Positions 1 to 11,679 of a stretch of DNA of 64,000 bases are shown here, piece by piece. The notes below the pieces were generated by a model. That model saw only the letters and a list, made by a program, of their open reading frames with translations. It made no database searches and was not told the origin of the DNA. Source of the DNA: an uncultured Christensenellaceae bacterium (GTDB lineage: Bacteria; Bacillota; Clostridia; Christensenellales; CAG-314); NCBI GenBank assembly GCA_910586625.1, contig CAJUIZ010000008.1, positions 2,618 through 66,617 of the forward strand. The letters are read 5' to 3'. How positions within the stretch are numbered: position 1 is the stretch's first letter; each line of letters opens with the position of its first letter. Position numbers and translations under genes: made by a program.

Positions 1-686
1 TCCAACTGCTCGGCAGAAAGCGAAGTAGGCGTGCCCCCGCCGAAATATACATTATTTAAGGCTATTCCCCTTTCCCTTGCAAACGCTATCGTTTGCGATA
101 TATCGTCGCAAAGAGCGTCTACATACGGCTCAACGTACTTTCTCAAACGGTTTAATTCTCCGCTTGTAAAGGAACAATAGCTGCATCGTGACACGCAAAA
201 GGGTATCCCTATATACAAATCGGCACCGTCTATTATGTTTTGACGTAAACTTCCCTGCGTTTGCAAAATTTCGGCAACCAAACTCGTTTTCTCATGCGAA
301 ACGTCCAACAATTCCGTAAAGGTTTTTTTCCAATCGGGCGTTTCTTTCGATAATTGACGCGCCAACTTGGTAGGACGGATCCCCGTAAGACTTCCCCACG
401 GCATAGCAACGCCCGTAACACGGGACAATACTTTGTACAACGCAATCTTAGCGTAACGTTTGCGCAAGCGTACAGTTTGCAATTCGTTTCCCGCAGGACT
501 AAACGAGCATTCTTCCTTACAGCCGTTGTATACTGCAATGTAGCGGTAAACGCTGCCCGTTTTTTCTTCCACGACGGTTATGTCCGCATCTTCGCGTTCG
601 ACGATTAGCACCGCATCGCTAAAAAACAGTTTTGCAACGTCGCATACTTCGGTTGCATATTCGAAATTAGTAAATATCGTAGTCAT
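1..686 (-). CDS. Radical-SAM protein, HemZ/HemN-like coproporphyrinogen dehydrogenase family (N-terminal part; gene runs off the window start)
   Basis: My own minus-strand translation from the ATG at 684-686 gives MTTIFTNFEYATEV...GIPFCVSRCSYCSFTSGE...VYFGGGTPTSLSAEQL. It has the CxxxCxxC radical-SAM motif and a GGGTP motif. It is absent from the ORF track because it has no stop inside the window. Confidence 0.6.
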   Translation of the reverse strand, partial: MTTIFTNFEYATEVCDVAKLFFSDAVLIVEREDADITVVEEKTGSVYRYIAVYNGCKEECSFSPAGNELQTVRLRKRYAKIALYKVLSRVTGVAMPWGSLTGIRPTKLARQLSKETPDWKKTFTELLDVSHEKTSLVAEILQTQGSLRQNIIDGADLYIGIPFCVSRCSYCSFTSGELNRLRKYVEPYVDALCDDISQTIAFARERGIALNNVYFGGGTPTSLSAEQL

Positions 687-700
687 AGACAAAGCAAAAG

Positions 701-2887
701 TTATCCTTTTGTACGGTAAGCGTTAATAACAGCGGGTATTGCGCGTAATTTGTTTATCAACTGTAAAGCTTGATCGTGGTTAGTAATCTCCACCGTAATA
801 TTAGCGACAGCATTCCCTTTCTTATCCTTGCGCGCGTTAATAGCAAGCATAGGCAAGTTTTCGTTAGCGACGGCTTTGGTAATATCTGCGAATATATCTC
901 CCCTATCTTCCGATACAATTTCAATTGATACGGGGAAGGTAGCGTTTGCGTCCATATTGGACCATTCCGCGTGAACAAGCCGTTCCTTTTCGAAGCTTTT
1001 AATCACAGGACAGTCCGCACGATGGACGCATACTCCGCGTCCGCGGGAAATATATCCCACTATTTCGTCTCCGGGTACGGGCGAACAACAGCGCGAAAAA
1101 CGCACCAAAAGGTCTTCAACACCCTTGACGATGACGGTATTTTTCTTCCCGCCGCTATTCTTATTACTTCGGCGCGGCTGCTGAACGTTTGTTACCGTCA
1201 ATCCTTTGTTGGTGGCGATAAGCTTCAACATTACCTGTTGAAGCGACATACTGCCGTATCCTACTGCTGCGAATATTTCGTCAGCGTCGTTGCACATATA
1301 GCGGTCGCACACGGCTTGTATGCCTTCGGGAGTCAGCAATTCCGACGGAGCTATTCCGCGATGCTTGGCGTCGCGCTCTATCATGGATTTGCCTGTACGA
1401 ATATATTCGTCTTTAAGCTCGCGCTTAAAAAACTGCCGAATCTTCGATTTCGCGGAAGCAGTCTTTACAATTTTCAACCAATCGCGAGAAGGTCCCTTGG
1501 CGTTGGGATTGGTCATAACTTCCACCGTATCGCCGGTATTCAACACCGTTTCCAGCGGAACAATTTTATTGTTAACTTTAATGCCGACGCATTTGTTGCC
1601 AACTTGACTGTGAATGGCGTACGCAAAGTCCAACGCCGTTGCGCCCGCCTGCATTATCTTTACGTCGCCCGTAGGAGTAAAAACGTATACTTCGTTCGTA
1701 TTGGAAATATCCTTACGGATAAGGTCCAAAAACTCAGTGCTGTCCTTCAAGTCGTTGTCGTAAGACAACACTTCCTTTACCCATCCGAGTCTGTCGTCCA
1801 TAGCGGTCGCACCGCTTACGCCTTCCTTGTACTTCCAATGCGCGGCAATACCGTATTCCGCTATCTTGTGCATTTCGTGAGTACGGATTTGAACTTCGAT
1901 AGGATACGAATGCTTTTCGAACTCGATAATCACCGTTGTATGCAACGATTGATACATGTTGGGCTTAGGAACGGCTATATAATCCTTAAAACGCCCCGGC
2001 ATAGGCTTCCAGCGGGCGTGAATAGCCCCCAAAACGGCGTAACAGTCTTTTATGGTATCTACAATGACGCGCACCGCAGTCAGGTCGTACACCTGCTCCA
2101 ACGTTTTATTTTGGCGCTTCATCTTTTTATAAATAGAATAAAAGTGCTTAGTCCTGCCGTATATATCGAAGTCGTCTATATTACCGTCTTTAAGTTCGCC
2201 CTTCACCTGCTCGATAAAGCTGTCGACAATTACTTCGCGCTCCTGCTTTTTCAACGCTATACCGCGCGAAATTGCCGCGTAAGCTTCGTTATCCAGATAC
2301 TTCAAACACAAGTCTTCCAGTTCACTTTTAATGGACGAAATACCAAGTCTGCCTGCTATGGGAGAAAATATGTCCAAAGTCTCTTTCGCTATTATCAGCT
2401 GTTTTTCCGATGACAAATACATTAGCGAACGCATATTGTGCAACCTGTCGGCAAGCTTTATAAGCATTACCCTAACGTCCTTTGCCATAGCGAAAAACAT
2501 TTTGCGCATATTTTCCGCCTGTTCTTCTTCCTTATTATGAAACTGAATTTTGTCCAACTTCGTAACTCCGGCGACAAGGTCGGCTATTTCGTCGCCGAAT
2601 TGCTTGCGCAAATCGCCGTCGGTTACGTAAGTATCTTCTACCGTATCGTGCAACAACGCGGCGCAAACCGTCGATACATCCAATCCCATATCGATAAGAA
2701 TGTCTGCAACAATCGTAGGGTGAGTAATGTACGGACGACCGCTGGCGCGAAATTGTCCTTGGTGCGCTTTATTCGCAACGTTAAACGCATCTTCTATCCG
2801 ACCGATATCTCGAGCGTGATAATAATGCTTAACTTTTGACAAAAAATTTTTAATTGTAACTTCTGCTTTTTCCTGCTCCAGATTCAT
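701..2887 (-). CDS. relA: Bifunctional (p)ppGpp synthetase/hydrolase (RelA/SpoT homolog)
   Basis: 728 aa with HD hydrolase motif ALLHDTVEDT, a RelA/SpoT synthetase core, and TGS and ACT-like C-terminal regions. It sits next to recJ as in Bacillus. Confidence 0.95.
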   Translation of the reverse strand: MNLEQEKAEVTIKNFLSKVKHYYHARDIGRIEDAFNVANKAHQGQFRASGRPYITHPTIVADILIDMGLDVSTVCAALLHDTVEDTYVTDGDLRKQFGDEIADLVAGVTKLDKIQFHNKEEEQAENMRKMFFAMAKDVRVMLIKLADRLHNMRSLMYLSSEKQLIIAKETLDIFSPIAGRLGISSIKSELEDLCLKYLDNEAYAAISRGIALKKQEREVIVDSFIEQVKGELKDGNIDDFDIYGRTKHFYSIYKKMKRQNKTLEQVYDLTAVRVIVDTIKDCYAVLGAIHARWKPMPGRFKDYIAVPKPNMYQSLHTTVIIEFEKHSYPIEVQIRTHEMHKIAEYGIAAHWKYKEGVSGATAMDDRLGWVKEVLSYDNDLKDSTEFLDLIRKDISNTNEVYVFTPTGDVKIMQAGATALDFAYAIHSQVGNKCVGIKVNNKIVPLETVLNTGDTVEVMTNPNAKGPSRDWLKIVKTASAKSKIRQFFKRELKDEYIRTGKSMIERDAKHRGIAPSELLTPEGIQAVCDRYMCNDADEIFAAVGYGSMSLQQVMLKLIATNKGLTVTNVQQPRRSNKNSGGKKNTVIVKGVEDLLVRFSRCCSPVPGDEIVGYISRGRGVCVHRADCPVIKSFEKERLVHAEWSNMDANATFPVSIEIVSEDRGDIFADITKAVANENLPMLAINARKDKKGNAVANITVEITNHDQALQLINKLRAIPAVINAYRTKG

Positions 2888-2908
2888 ATTATCTCCGTTA
2901 CTTGCCGA

Positions 2909-5152
2909 TTATCGCTGAAAGCAGCGATAAATAGACGAATTTGCCAAATCTTGCTTTTCCGTCGGCGGAAACTCGACGGTATAATCGTCAACGATTTTTA
3001 TTATATTCAATTCCTGAAAAACTCTCAAAGCTACCAAATACTGCGGATAGGACATTTTACTTAACAGATATTTATCGAACACGCCTTTTACACTGTCGAA
3101 CTTGCCTTTACGCTTCAATGCGGAAAACGCCGACAAACATATTTCGCGCGACAATTCCAAATCGTACAATTTGTCGTTTGCAGGCGTTACGTTTGCATAT
3201 ATCGCTTTTTGCGGTAGCGTTCTGCGTTTGGAAGGCATTGCGAAACAAATTATATGTTCGTATCGGTCGAAGCTGTAATCGTCAAGCGGCGAAATTACAA
3301 CCGTGTTGCCGCAATTTCCCGAATCAAAAAATATATCCACATAGTATCGAGAAAAGTCATACCGCTCTTGATACGCGATAAACGTTTCGTAATCGTCAAA
3401 CACCGCTATTGCCGAATCCGAGCCGATTGCTTTAACAATTTGATCTTCGTCTGCGCTTTCGTACGTATCCGTCGAAAAACTTTTAAGCAGATTAAGTTTG
3501 TAATAATCGTCTAATCTTACGGAATTGAGCAGCGTTAAATCTTCAATAATTCCGCAGACTTTTTTCGTATACGAGTCCGTTTCCAATGTGCAAATAATAT
3601 CTACGTTCGCGCCGTTTCGTATAAAGGGCGCATATCTGCCGTATTTGAAAAATCCCTTCACTTCCAAACCGCAAGATAACGTAGCCGACAAGTGCGAATT
3701 ATCTTTACCAAAAGAATTTGCAAACTTCACAACGTCTTTTACTCTGCAAATCAGCTTGTCCTGCGGAAGAACGGGCTCTAACTTACAAGACAGCGCCATT
3801 ACGTCTTCTACTTTACTTTCCCCAATCTCAACGTCGTAATAACGGCGTTTTACAAAACAGCTATTGTCTATTGCCGATAACGTATCAACAAGCGCTTGGC
3901 GAAATTCGGATACTTTATCTCCGGCAACCGTAAAACCGACGGAAGATTTATGACCGCCGTATTTTACCAAATAATCCTTACAGGAAGTAAAAATCTCGAA
4001 CAAATCGACGGAATCTATACCGCGAGCAGAACCGACGTAATCGTCGCCGTCGCGGGTCATTATAATAGCGGGCAACTGATATTTTTCCTTGTAGCGCGAA
4101 GCGACTATTCCAAGCAAACCGTGATTCCATTTTTCGCTGTACAGGAATACCATCTTTTCTTTATAAATTACTTCGACATCGCACATTTCATCCGACTCGG
4201 CGATTATTCCGTCGAAAATCCTTTTACGTTCGTCGTTAAGCTCCAACAGCTTTTCGCACAACACGGTATCAGTCTTGTCGCGGCACAGCAAAAAGTTCAA
4301 AGCAACGTCGGGATATCCGACTCTGCCTGCCGCATTGATTTTAGGAATAATCTTCATAGCCAAATCGCTGCACGACGGAGAAGCCGAACAACGGGATAAT
4401 TCCGCTAATTTCTGCAAATTTTTATGATTGAAATTAGCAAGCCCAAGTTTCACGATACTGCGATTTTCGTCCTGCATAGGCATTATATCGCCTATTGTGC
4501 CGATTGCTGCCAAAACCGAATATTTAGCCGCCGCTTCGCGTCCGACAAGCGCTTCGACTAACTTCCATGCAACTCCAGCACCGGACAAGTACGGATAATC
4601 GTAGCCTAATTTGGGGTTTACGCACAAGCAATCGGGCAAAACCGCAGGAAGCTCATGGTGATCCGTAACTATTACTTCCACACCCAATTCTTCTACGATT
4701 TTAGCGACTTCTTCCGCATTGGATATACCGCAGTCCACTGTTATAACCAAGTCGTAGTAATTACGCTTAAACGCCCGTATCACTTTGTCTGCATGCAGTC
4801 CGTATCCTTCGTCGCGAGTAGGAATTATAACGTTGTTTTCTATTCCGTTATCCGTAAAAAACAAAGACAGTATACTGCTGGCGCTAAGCCCGTCCGCGTC
4901 GTAATCTCCGCAAATAAGTACGCTTCCGCCCGTTTCCATCAAGTACGAGATCGTTTCCGCAGCTTCGCGCATATTAACCATATCGAACGGAGAGTGAAAA
5001 CAAAGCTCGTCGCCGAAAAAGCTGTTGTAATTCTGCTCCGTTACTCCCCTTGCCGACAGCGCTTCCGCCATAGTTCTATTGTAGCCCCGTTCGATGAGAT
5101 ATAAAACGTCGCTCTCGTTGAGAAAGGCTCTTTTTTCGTATCTTTGTTTCAT
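2909..5152 (-). CDS. recJ: Single-stranded-DNA-specific exonuclease RecJ
   Basis: DHH-family motifs (GDYDADGLSAS, VTDHH) and about 750 aa. I moved the start to the ATG at 5150-5152 because the tracked TTG start lies in the T-tail of the upstream terminator. The start remains uncertain because the SD is weak. Confidence 0.9.
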   Translation of the reverse strand: MKQRYEKRAFLNESDVLYLIERGYNRTMAEALSARGVTEQNYNSFFGDELCFHSPFDMVNMREAAETISYLMETGGSVLICGDYDADGLSASSILSLFFTDNGIENNVIIPTRDEGYGLHADKVIRAFKRNYYDLVITVDCGISNAEEVAKIVEELGVEVIVTDHHELPAVLPDCLCVNPKLGYDYPYLSGAGVAWKLVEALVGREAAAKYSVLAAIGTIGDIMPMQDENRSIVKLGLANFNHKNLQKLAELSRCSASPSCSDLAMKIIPKINAAGRVGYPDVALNFLLCRDKTDTVLCEKLLELNDERKRIFDGIIAESDEMCDVEVIYKEKMVFLYSEKWNHGLLGIVASRYKEKYQLPAIIMTRDGDDYVGSARGIDSVDLFEIFTSCKDYLVKYGGHKSSVGFTVAGDKVSEFRQALVDTLSAIDNSCFVKRRYYDVEIGESKVEDVMALSCKLEPVLPQDKLICRVKDVVKFANSFGKDNSHLSATLSCGLEVKGFFKYGRYAPFIRNGANVDIICTLETDSYTKKVCGIIEDLTLLNSVRLDDYYKLNLLKSFSTDTYESADEDQIVKAIGSDSAIAVFDDYETFIAYQERYDFSRYYVDIFFDSGNCGNTVVISPLDDYSFDRYEHIICFAMPSKRRTLPQKAIYANVTPANDKLYDLELSREICLSAFSALKRKGKFDSVKGVFDKYLLSKMSYPQYLVALRVFQELNIIKIVDDYTVEFPPTEKQDLANSSIYRCFQR

Positions 5153-5160
5153 ATTATCCA

Positions 5161-5196
5161 ATAAATACAACAGCCTTCTAAGTGAATAGAAGGCTG
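5161..5196 (-). terminator. Rho-independent terminator after the secD-like gene
   Basis: Minus-strand stem cagccttct/agaaggctg (5171-5179 and 5188-5196), followed by ttgtatttat. Confidence 0.6.
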
Positions 5197-5221
5197 TAAA
5201 AACGTGATTATATTATTAACG

Positions 5222-6505
5222 TTACTTTTTCGCGTTTGCTCTGCCCGTTGTTTCATAAAATGGTTCGATCATTTTGACGAAAAGTCTATTCAAGCCGAAC
5301 GTTGCAATGAAAGACAAAACTGCGCCGAACACCAGCATAGTACCCATAGGAGCCGTTACTGCGGTAGGAATTACCCACAGGATAATGCCCAAAACCAATA
5401 ACGCCGCGTGAGCTATCAAGCTTATTTTGTTAGTAGTCGCAAATCCCTTATACGCCGACGACGAGAAGGTTTTTTCTTGGTTGTAGGCACGAATCTTCTC
5501 GAAAGTAAATATAGTGAAGAATGTCATGAACGCGTATGCCAAGGTCAAACCAATCGCTGCAAACAAATTGAAGTATACCACCATATACAACAGCATAGAG
5601 ATATACATAAACAATACAATAGCCATAAGCTGCGACAGCATTCCCGCTAAACCCAGAGTCTTATAACGAACGGCAAAAAATACAAACGTAGCAAGAACAA
5701 TAACGCCCATTACGGCAGCGTAAACCCAACTGGTCTTGTTTACAACGTCGATATCACCCGTTTCATCCAACGTAAGCTCTGCGCCGAGCGCTCCGTTTTT
5801 AATATAGCTTGCAAAAGTTTTGCTACCCAAATTAGACGCGCTGTAAATTTGTAAGCCGCCGTTGGTATAAACAACAAAGGTTGCAACAGAATTGTCAACA
5901 GCCAAAACATATTGAGAGTTTTCCGTTAAATTCTTGCTTGCAAGCTTTGCGCCTTCGTCAGTCAATTTTACTTCGCAAATATAAAAGGTCTGATCGGCCT
6001 GAGCGTACGTTTGCGTACGAGCCCTGCGGAAATGTTCTTCGGACAATAATACCTTATCTTCTTCGTATTTAGCGTCTTGAGAATACGCAGTACTCAATAC
6101 TTCCACCTTTCCCACAGCCGTAACGCTACTCAAAATCGAAGCTGCGCTGGGACGCGAAGTATTGACTTTGTGTCCGATTGGAGCCGTTTTAGGCATGACA
6201 ATCGTTGTTAAACCGTCTTTGTTACTGATATCTATACTGTAATACCCGTAAATGCTTTGCAGTCTTGCGTTTATTGTTTTTTGTACCGATCTAAAGTCAA
6301 CGCCTTCGTTCAATTTAGTTTGATACGTAGAGCGAGTAGTATCTGTGAATAAACCGCTTTTTTGTATAACATCATACGCCGAATAAAATTCGCCGTACGT
6401 GCCGTAATCCAGTCCATCGGGTACCGATAAGAACGCAAATACCCCGAAAAACAGTACTATTGCCGTAATTATACAGAATAATACTATGGACGTAGTCTTT
6501 GTCAT
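5222..6505 (-). CDS. secD: SecD/SecF-family protein-export membrane protein, half-size and divergent
   Basis: N-terminal TM, large extracytoplasmic domain, then five C-terminal TMs with a SecD-like layout (...RYKTLGLAG...FEKIRAY...). It occupies the position between yajC and recJ that secDF holds in Bacillus. Good SD (aggagg) upstream. Confidence 0.55.
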   Translation of the reverse strand: MTKTTSIVLFCIITAIVLFFGVFAFLSVPDGLDYGTYGEFYSAYDVIQKSGLFTDTTRSTYQTKLNEGVDFRSVQKTINARLQSIYGYYSIDISNKDGLTTIVMPKTAPIGHKVNTSRPSAASILSSVTAVGKVEVLSTAYSQDAKYEEDKVLLSEEHFRRARTQTYAQADQTFYICEVKLTDEGAKLASKNLTENSQYVLAVDNSVATFVVYTNGGLQIYSASNLGSKTFASYIKNGALGAELTLDETGDIDVVNKTSWVYAAVMGVIVLATFVFFAVRYKTLGLAGMLSQLMAIVLFMYISMLLYMVVYFNLFAAIGLTLAYAFMTFFTIFTFEKIRAYNQEKTFSSSAYKGFATTNKISLIAHAALLVLGIILWVIPTAVTAPMGTMLVFGAVLSFIATFGLNRLFVKMIEPFYETTGRANAKK

Positions 6506-6543
6506 TGTGAGCCTCCTTGACTATTGCCTAACTTAACCATTCT

Positions 6544-6572
6544 ATTATAATAGCAGTTAATAAAATAGTCAA
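6544..6572 (-). promoter_or_regulatory. Sigma-A type promoter for the secD-like gene
   Basis: Minus strand reads TTGACT (6567-6572), 17 nt, TATAAT (6544-6549). Confidence 0.55.
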
Positions 6573-6729
6573 TTACTTTTCGGTTGTTTTCGACACAGAT
6601 TGCCTTTCAGAATAATCAAAAAACGTAAAAGCACGCCGTCGAAAGCAATATTTTGTCAATGTTGACTGTTTCGAACTTATTACAAAGCTTCGACACGCAT
6701 TAATGCAGTTCTACGATAAAGCATAACAT

Positions 6730-6766
6730 AAAAAAGTTCTTAAACCGCGTTACACGTTTTAAGAAC
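6730..6766 (-). terminator. Rho-independent terminator
   Basis: Minus-strand stem gttcttaaa/tttaagaac followed by tttttt. Confidence 0.7.
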
Positions 6767-6812
6767 CTTTATACTATATTTTTTACCTATATTAGCGGAT
6801 TAACATAACTCG

Positions 6813-7187
6813 CTATGCCGCTCTGCGACTTTTTATAAGAGCAACGATTATTGCGACAACCAACGCAACGCCCAAATCCAAAGCAATTTGTCCTATATTA
6901 AACTTGCCGCCCATTATCGCAAACAGACCGAACGATAAAAGCCAAAACAATATTGCTCCGATAACAGCTTTCAACAGAAATTTCTCGTCTTTGACGGAAA
7001 TCAACGTTCCCACCGCTACGGCTATCGCCTTCAATACTTGATTGATTATCGGCAAAATATTATCCCCGATATTACACAGCTTGGCTAACAAAGCCAATAG
7101 CAGTACGGCAATACAGGAAAACACCAACGACAGCGTGCCTGCCTTGATTGATTGAAGAATAGTATTTTTTCTTACGCTTGCGTCCAT
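6813..7187 (-). CDS. Small multi-TM membrane protein (possibly YrzE/TIGR04086-like, judged by position next to yajC)
   Basis: 124 aa, about four hydrophobic helices, SD ggaggtg upstream. The family assignment comes only from remembered Bacillus synteny. Confidence 0.5.
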   Translation of the reverse strand: MDASVRKNTILQSIKAGTLSLVFSCIAVLLLALLAKLCNIGDNILPIINQVLKAIAVAVGTLISVKDEKFLLKAVIGAILFWLLSFGLFAIMGGKFNIGQIALDLGVALVVAIIVALIKSRRAA

Positions 7188-7245
7188 AAAAACACCTCCG
7201 AATTTAGTAAATTATATTCGGAGGCGCGTTTATTTAGTACTTAGA

Positions 7246-7650
7246 TTATTTAATTTCGTCTATTTCTTCGGACTTTTCTTTTTCAGCCTTTTCTTCTGCG
7301 ATAGCTTCGGGAGATCCGGGCGCGGGAGCAATGGAATGAATAGCCTGACGTACAAATTGCATCGTAGTCTTGTTATCGCCTACGCCCGTCAAAAGCCAAA
7401 TATGCTTATCGTCCAACTCAACGACTTCGCCCACTATTCCGCCGATGGTGGTTACTATGCTGCCTAAGCCCAACTTAGACATCATTTCTTCGTTACGCTT
7501 CTTTTGCTTACGTTGCGGAATGACCATCATAAGAATCATACCCACGATTAAAACTCCGCCGACAACCCAAATTATCCAGTTATTTGCCAGTCCGCCTGCC
7601 GCTTCTCCGCCTGTCGTTTCTCCCTCAAAAAAACCCAATAAATTCAACAT
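7246..7650 (-). CDS. yajC: Preprotein translocase subunit YajC
   Basis: Single TM followed by a YajC-like segment (QRKQKKRNEEMMSKLGLGSIVTTIGGIVGEVVELDD). Adjacent to tgt. Confidence 0.85.
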   Translation of the reverse strand: MLNLLGFFEGETTGGEAAGGLANNWIIWVVGGVLIVGMILMMVIPQRKQKKRNEEMMSKLGLGSIVTTIGGIVGEVVELDDKHIWLLTGVGDNKTTMQFVRQAIHSIAPAPGSPEAIAEEKAEKEKSEEIDEIK

Positions 7651-7807
7651 AATACTTCTCCTTGCGGCGTACGCTGCTTGTACTGCGAAAACGCCTTTTA
7701 ATAATATTTATTTACAATATCTTTCGTTACTGTTTATTATACAATAATTCGGCACAAAATGCAATAAGTATATGCAACAAAGTATTTCAACATTGTTTAA
7801 GTTTTGA

Positions 7808-8929
<1,122 letters not shown>

Positions 8930-9000
8930 TTATTCGTTTCCCGTATCCGTTTTCTATTCGAGCAGACAGTCTGCAACCGCTCTCGCTTATAACTATGATT

Positions 9001-10023
9001 TTATATAATCAACATAGCGTCGCCGAATGAGAAAAACCGATACTTTTCATCCACTGCCGTTTTGTAAACGGACAGTATTTCTTCCTTGCTGCATAACGCC
9101 GACACCAACATTATCAATGTGCTTTCGGGCAAATGAAAGTTGGTTATAAGACAATCGACTGCCTTAAACTTATAAGGCGGATATATAAATATATTAGTAT
9201 TACCCGAGCATTCCGCAAGCTTACCTTCGTCGTCGGCTGCGCTTTCCAACGTTCTTACGCTTGTTGTACCCACGCATATTATGCGTCTGCCTTCCGCCTT
9301 GGCTTTGTTTATAACGTCAGCCGCTTGCTTAGACACGGCGTAATACTCGCTGTGCATATGATGCTCGGTAACGTCGTCCGTTTTAACCGGTCGAAAAGTT
9401 CCAAGCCCCACATGCAACAGCACTTCGGCTATTTCCACACCTTTACTTCTAACCTTTTCCAATAATTCCTTTGTAAAATGCAAGCCTGCCGTCGGCGCAG
9501 CCGCCGAGCCGTCTACCTTGGAATAAACGGTATTGTACCGTGTTTTGTCGTTTAGCTTGGCTTTAATATACGGCGGAAGAGGCATTTCGCCCACTTCCGA
9601 TAAAATAGTTTCAAAAACGCCGTCGTAGATAAATTCTACTATACGGCTGCCGTCTTCGCCTATACTCTCTATCCTTGCCTTTAATTTGTCGCCGAAGCAA
9701 AATACGGAGCCGACTTTGGCAATACGTCCCGGCTTTAATATCACTTCCCAATGCGTCAAATCCAGCCGCTTTAACAGCAAAAACTCTATTCTTCCGCCGG
9801 TATGCTCTTTGCATCCGTAAATTCGAGCGGGAAGCACCTTGGTATTGTTGACTACCAGTACGTCGCCTTTACGAAGATAATCCGCTATATCGTAAAAATG
9901 CTTGTGTTCTATTGTTTTGCTTGCACGGTCGTATACCAACAGACGCGAACTGTCGCGCGGCTCTACGGGAGTCTGCGCGATAAGTTCCTGCGGTAAATCG
10001 TAGTAAAAATCACTGGTTTTCAT
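9001..10023 (-). CDS. queA: S-adenosylmethionine:tRNA ribosyltransferase-isomerase
   Basis: 340 aa. N-terminus is [19 protein letters not shown] and an [10 protein letters not shown] motif is present. Confidence 0.95.
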   Translation of the reverse strand: MKTSDFYYDLPQELIAQTPVEPRDSSRLLVYDRASKTIEHKHFYDIADYLRKGDVLVVNNTKVLPARIYGCKEHTGGRIEFLLLKRLDLTHWEVILKPGRIAKVGSVFCFGDKLKARIESIGEDGSRIVEFIYDGVFETILSEVGEMPLPPYIKAKLNDKTRYNTVYSKVDGSAAAPTAGLHFTKELLEKVRSKGVEIAEVLLHVGLGTFRPVKTDDVTEHHMHSEYYAVSKQAADVINKAKAEGRRIICVGTTSVRTLESAADDEGKLAECSGNTNIFIYPPYKFKAVDCLITNFHLPESTLIMLVSALCSKEEILSVYKTAVDEKYRFFSFGDAMLII

Positions 10024-11065
10024 AATTTATTTCGTCTGTATATATGGATAACGCTTCCAAGCGTTCCTTGGAAAGCTTTTTGCCCAAGTGTTTATAAGCG
10101 TTTGGCATACAAACTCTACCGCGCGGCGTACGCGCGATAAACCCCAACTGCAATAAGTACGGTTCGTAAACGTCTTCTATTGTCTGCGAGTCTTCTCCCG
10201 TTGCGGACGATAACGTATCCAAGCCGACGGGACCGCCGCTGAATTTGTCTATTATCGTGTTCAAAATATTCTTGTCCACCGCGTCCAGCCCAAGCTCGTC
10301 CACTTCCATAACCTGCATGGCGTGCTTTGTTACTTCGGCAGTTATAACGCCGTTTCCTATAACTTCGGCAAAATCGCGCACGCGCTTTAACAGTCGGTTG
10401 GCAATACGCGGCGTACCGCGGCTGCGACGCGCAATTTCATATGCCGCTTCGTTTTCTACCGTACTGCCCAATTTTTTAGCCGATTTAACTACTATTTGCT
10501 GCAATTGCTGCGGCGTATACATTACCAAACGCATTTGCATACCAAACCGATCGCGTAAAGGCGCGGCAAGATTTCCCGCCTTTGTAGTCGCTCCGATAAG
10601 CGTAAACTTTTCCAGCTTGATATTGACGCTGGTTGCGCTCGGCCCCTTACCTACGACGAAATCCAACCGATAATCTTCCATGGCAGGGTAAAGGATTTCT
10701 TCCAAGCTACTGTTTAGACGATGAATTTCATCTATAAACAACACTTCGTTGGGTTTTAGTTTGGACAGGATTGCAGACAAGTCGAATTTTCCCGGGATAG
10801 CCGAACCGCTCGTAATAGTTATAGGCACGCCCATTTCGTTTGCAATGATATGCGCAAGCGTAGTCTTGCCCAAACCTGGCGGACCGTACAATAAAACGTG
10901 ATCGAGACTTTCACCGCGCGACAGCGCAGCCCTGATATAAACGGACAGATTTTCCTTAACCTTGTCCTGTCCTACGTAATCGGGAAAAGTCTTCGGGCGC
11001 AAAATATTTTCCGTATCCCTTTCTTTTTCCGTCAACGTACTTGTAAAAAATTGTTCCTGTTCCAT
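10010..11065 (-). CDS. ruvB: Holliday junction branch migration ATPase RuvB
   Basis: Walker [10 protein letters not shown] and a RuvB AAA+ core, within ruvA-ruvB synteny. Confidence 0.95.
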   Translation of the reverse strand: MEQEQFFTSTLTEKERDTENILRPKTFPDYVGQDKVKENLSVYIRAALSRGESLDHVLLYGPPGLGKTTLAHIIANEMGVPITITSGSAIPGKFDLSAILSKLKPNEVLFIDEIHRLNSSLEEILYPAMEDYRLDFVVGKGPSATSVNIKLEKFTLIGATTKAGNLAAPLRDRFGMQMRLVMYTPQQLQQIVVKSAKKLGSTVENEAAYEIARRSRGTPRIANRLLKRVRDFAEVIGNGVITAEVTKHAMQVMEVDELGLDAVDKNILNTIIDKFSGGPVGLDTLSSATGEDSQTIEDVYEPYLLQLGFIARTPRGRVCMPNAYKHLGKKLSKERLEALSIYTDEINYENQ

Positions 11066-11072
11066 AGTTTTC

Positions 11073-11666
11073 CTAATTTATTCTAAACGCCATATTGACG
11101 AGTTCTTCCGTTGTCGTAGCGCCTAACTTTGATGCCGCTTCTATAAGCTTTTCCGCGTCGTTTTGACTTTTTCCCAACGATACCAAAAGGGCCACGGCGT
11201 TTTGCACTTCCTTGGTCATGGGTATGTCCAAGTTATTGACTATAGGCAAATCGGCTGACCCCGCGTCGATAACAACCTTTTCCCTAAGTTCCAATACAAG
11301 CCTTTCGGCAGTTTTTTTGCCTAAACCTTTTATTTTTGTAAGCGACTTGGTATCACCGCTAAAAATCGCTCTTGCCAAGCTGTCGCTGTCCATTCCGGAA
11401 AGTATGGCAAGCGCAACTTTACCGCCTATTCCCGAAACGGATATCAATCGCAAAAACATATTTTTTTCTTCATTGGTTGCAAAACCGAACAAAGTAACAC
11501 CGTCTTCTTTCACCTGTAAATAAGCGAAAAGTTTAGCTCTTTGCCCTACCACGCACTCTCCGCGAGTATAGTTAGACGTTGCAAATTCATATCCGATTCC
11601 GTTTACATCCAATACTACGTTGCTGCCGAATATTTCCGCCACTTCGCCGATAAAATAATTAAACAT
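11073..11666 (-). CDS. ruvA: Holliday junction DNA helicase subunit RuvA
   Basis: 197 aa with HhH motifs ([23 protein letters not shown]). Confidence 0.9.
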   Translation of the reverse strand: MFNYFIGEVAEIFGSNVVLDVNGIGYEFATSNYTRGECVVGQRAKLFAYLQVKEDGVTLFGFATNEEKNMFLRLISVSGIGGKVALAILSGMDSDSLARAIFSGDTKSLTKIKGLGKKTAERLVLELREKVVIDAGSADLPIVNNLDIPMTKEVQNAVALLVSLGKSQNDAEKLIEAASKLGATTTEELVNMAFRIN

Positions 11667-11679
11667 ATTTCTCCGTTAT

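Noticed and set aside
233-608. ORFs 233-538 (minus strand) and 354-608 (plus strand).
   Set aside because: They lie inside the partial HemZ-like radical-SAM gene, which occupies another minus-strand frame from 686 to the window edge.
971-2413. 480-aa ORF antisense to relA. Similar long antisense ORFs lie at 13840-14499, 14815-15507, 15824-16654, 22283-23188 and 48316-48951.
   Set aside because: All are codon-aligned with the real gene on the other strand. For example, 22283-23188 is in register with both asnS and ftsZ. Their translations are R/F/Y/H-rich nonsense with no motifs, SD or promoters.

They stay open simply because the sense genes rarely use TTA, CTA and TCA codons, whose complements are stop codons. 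This is a codon-usage signature, not a set of genes.
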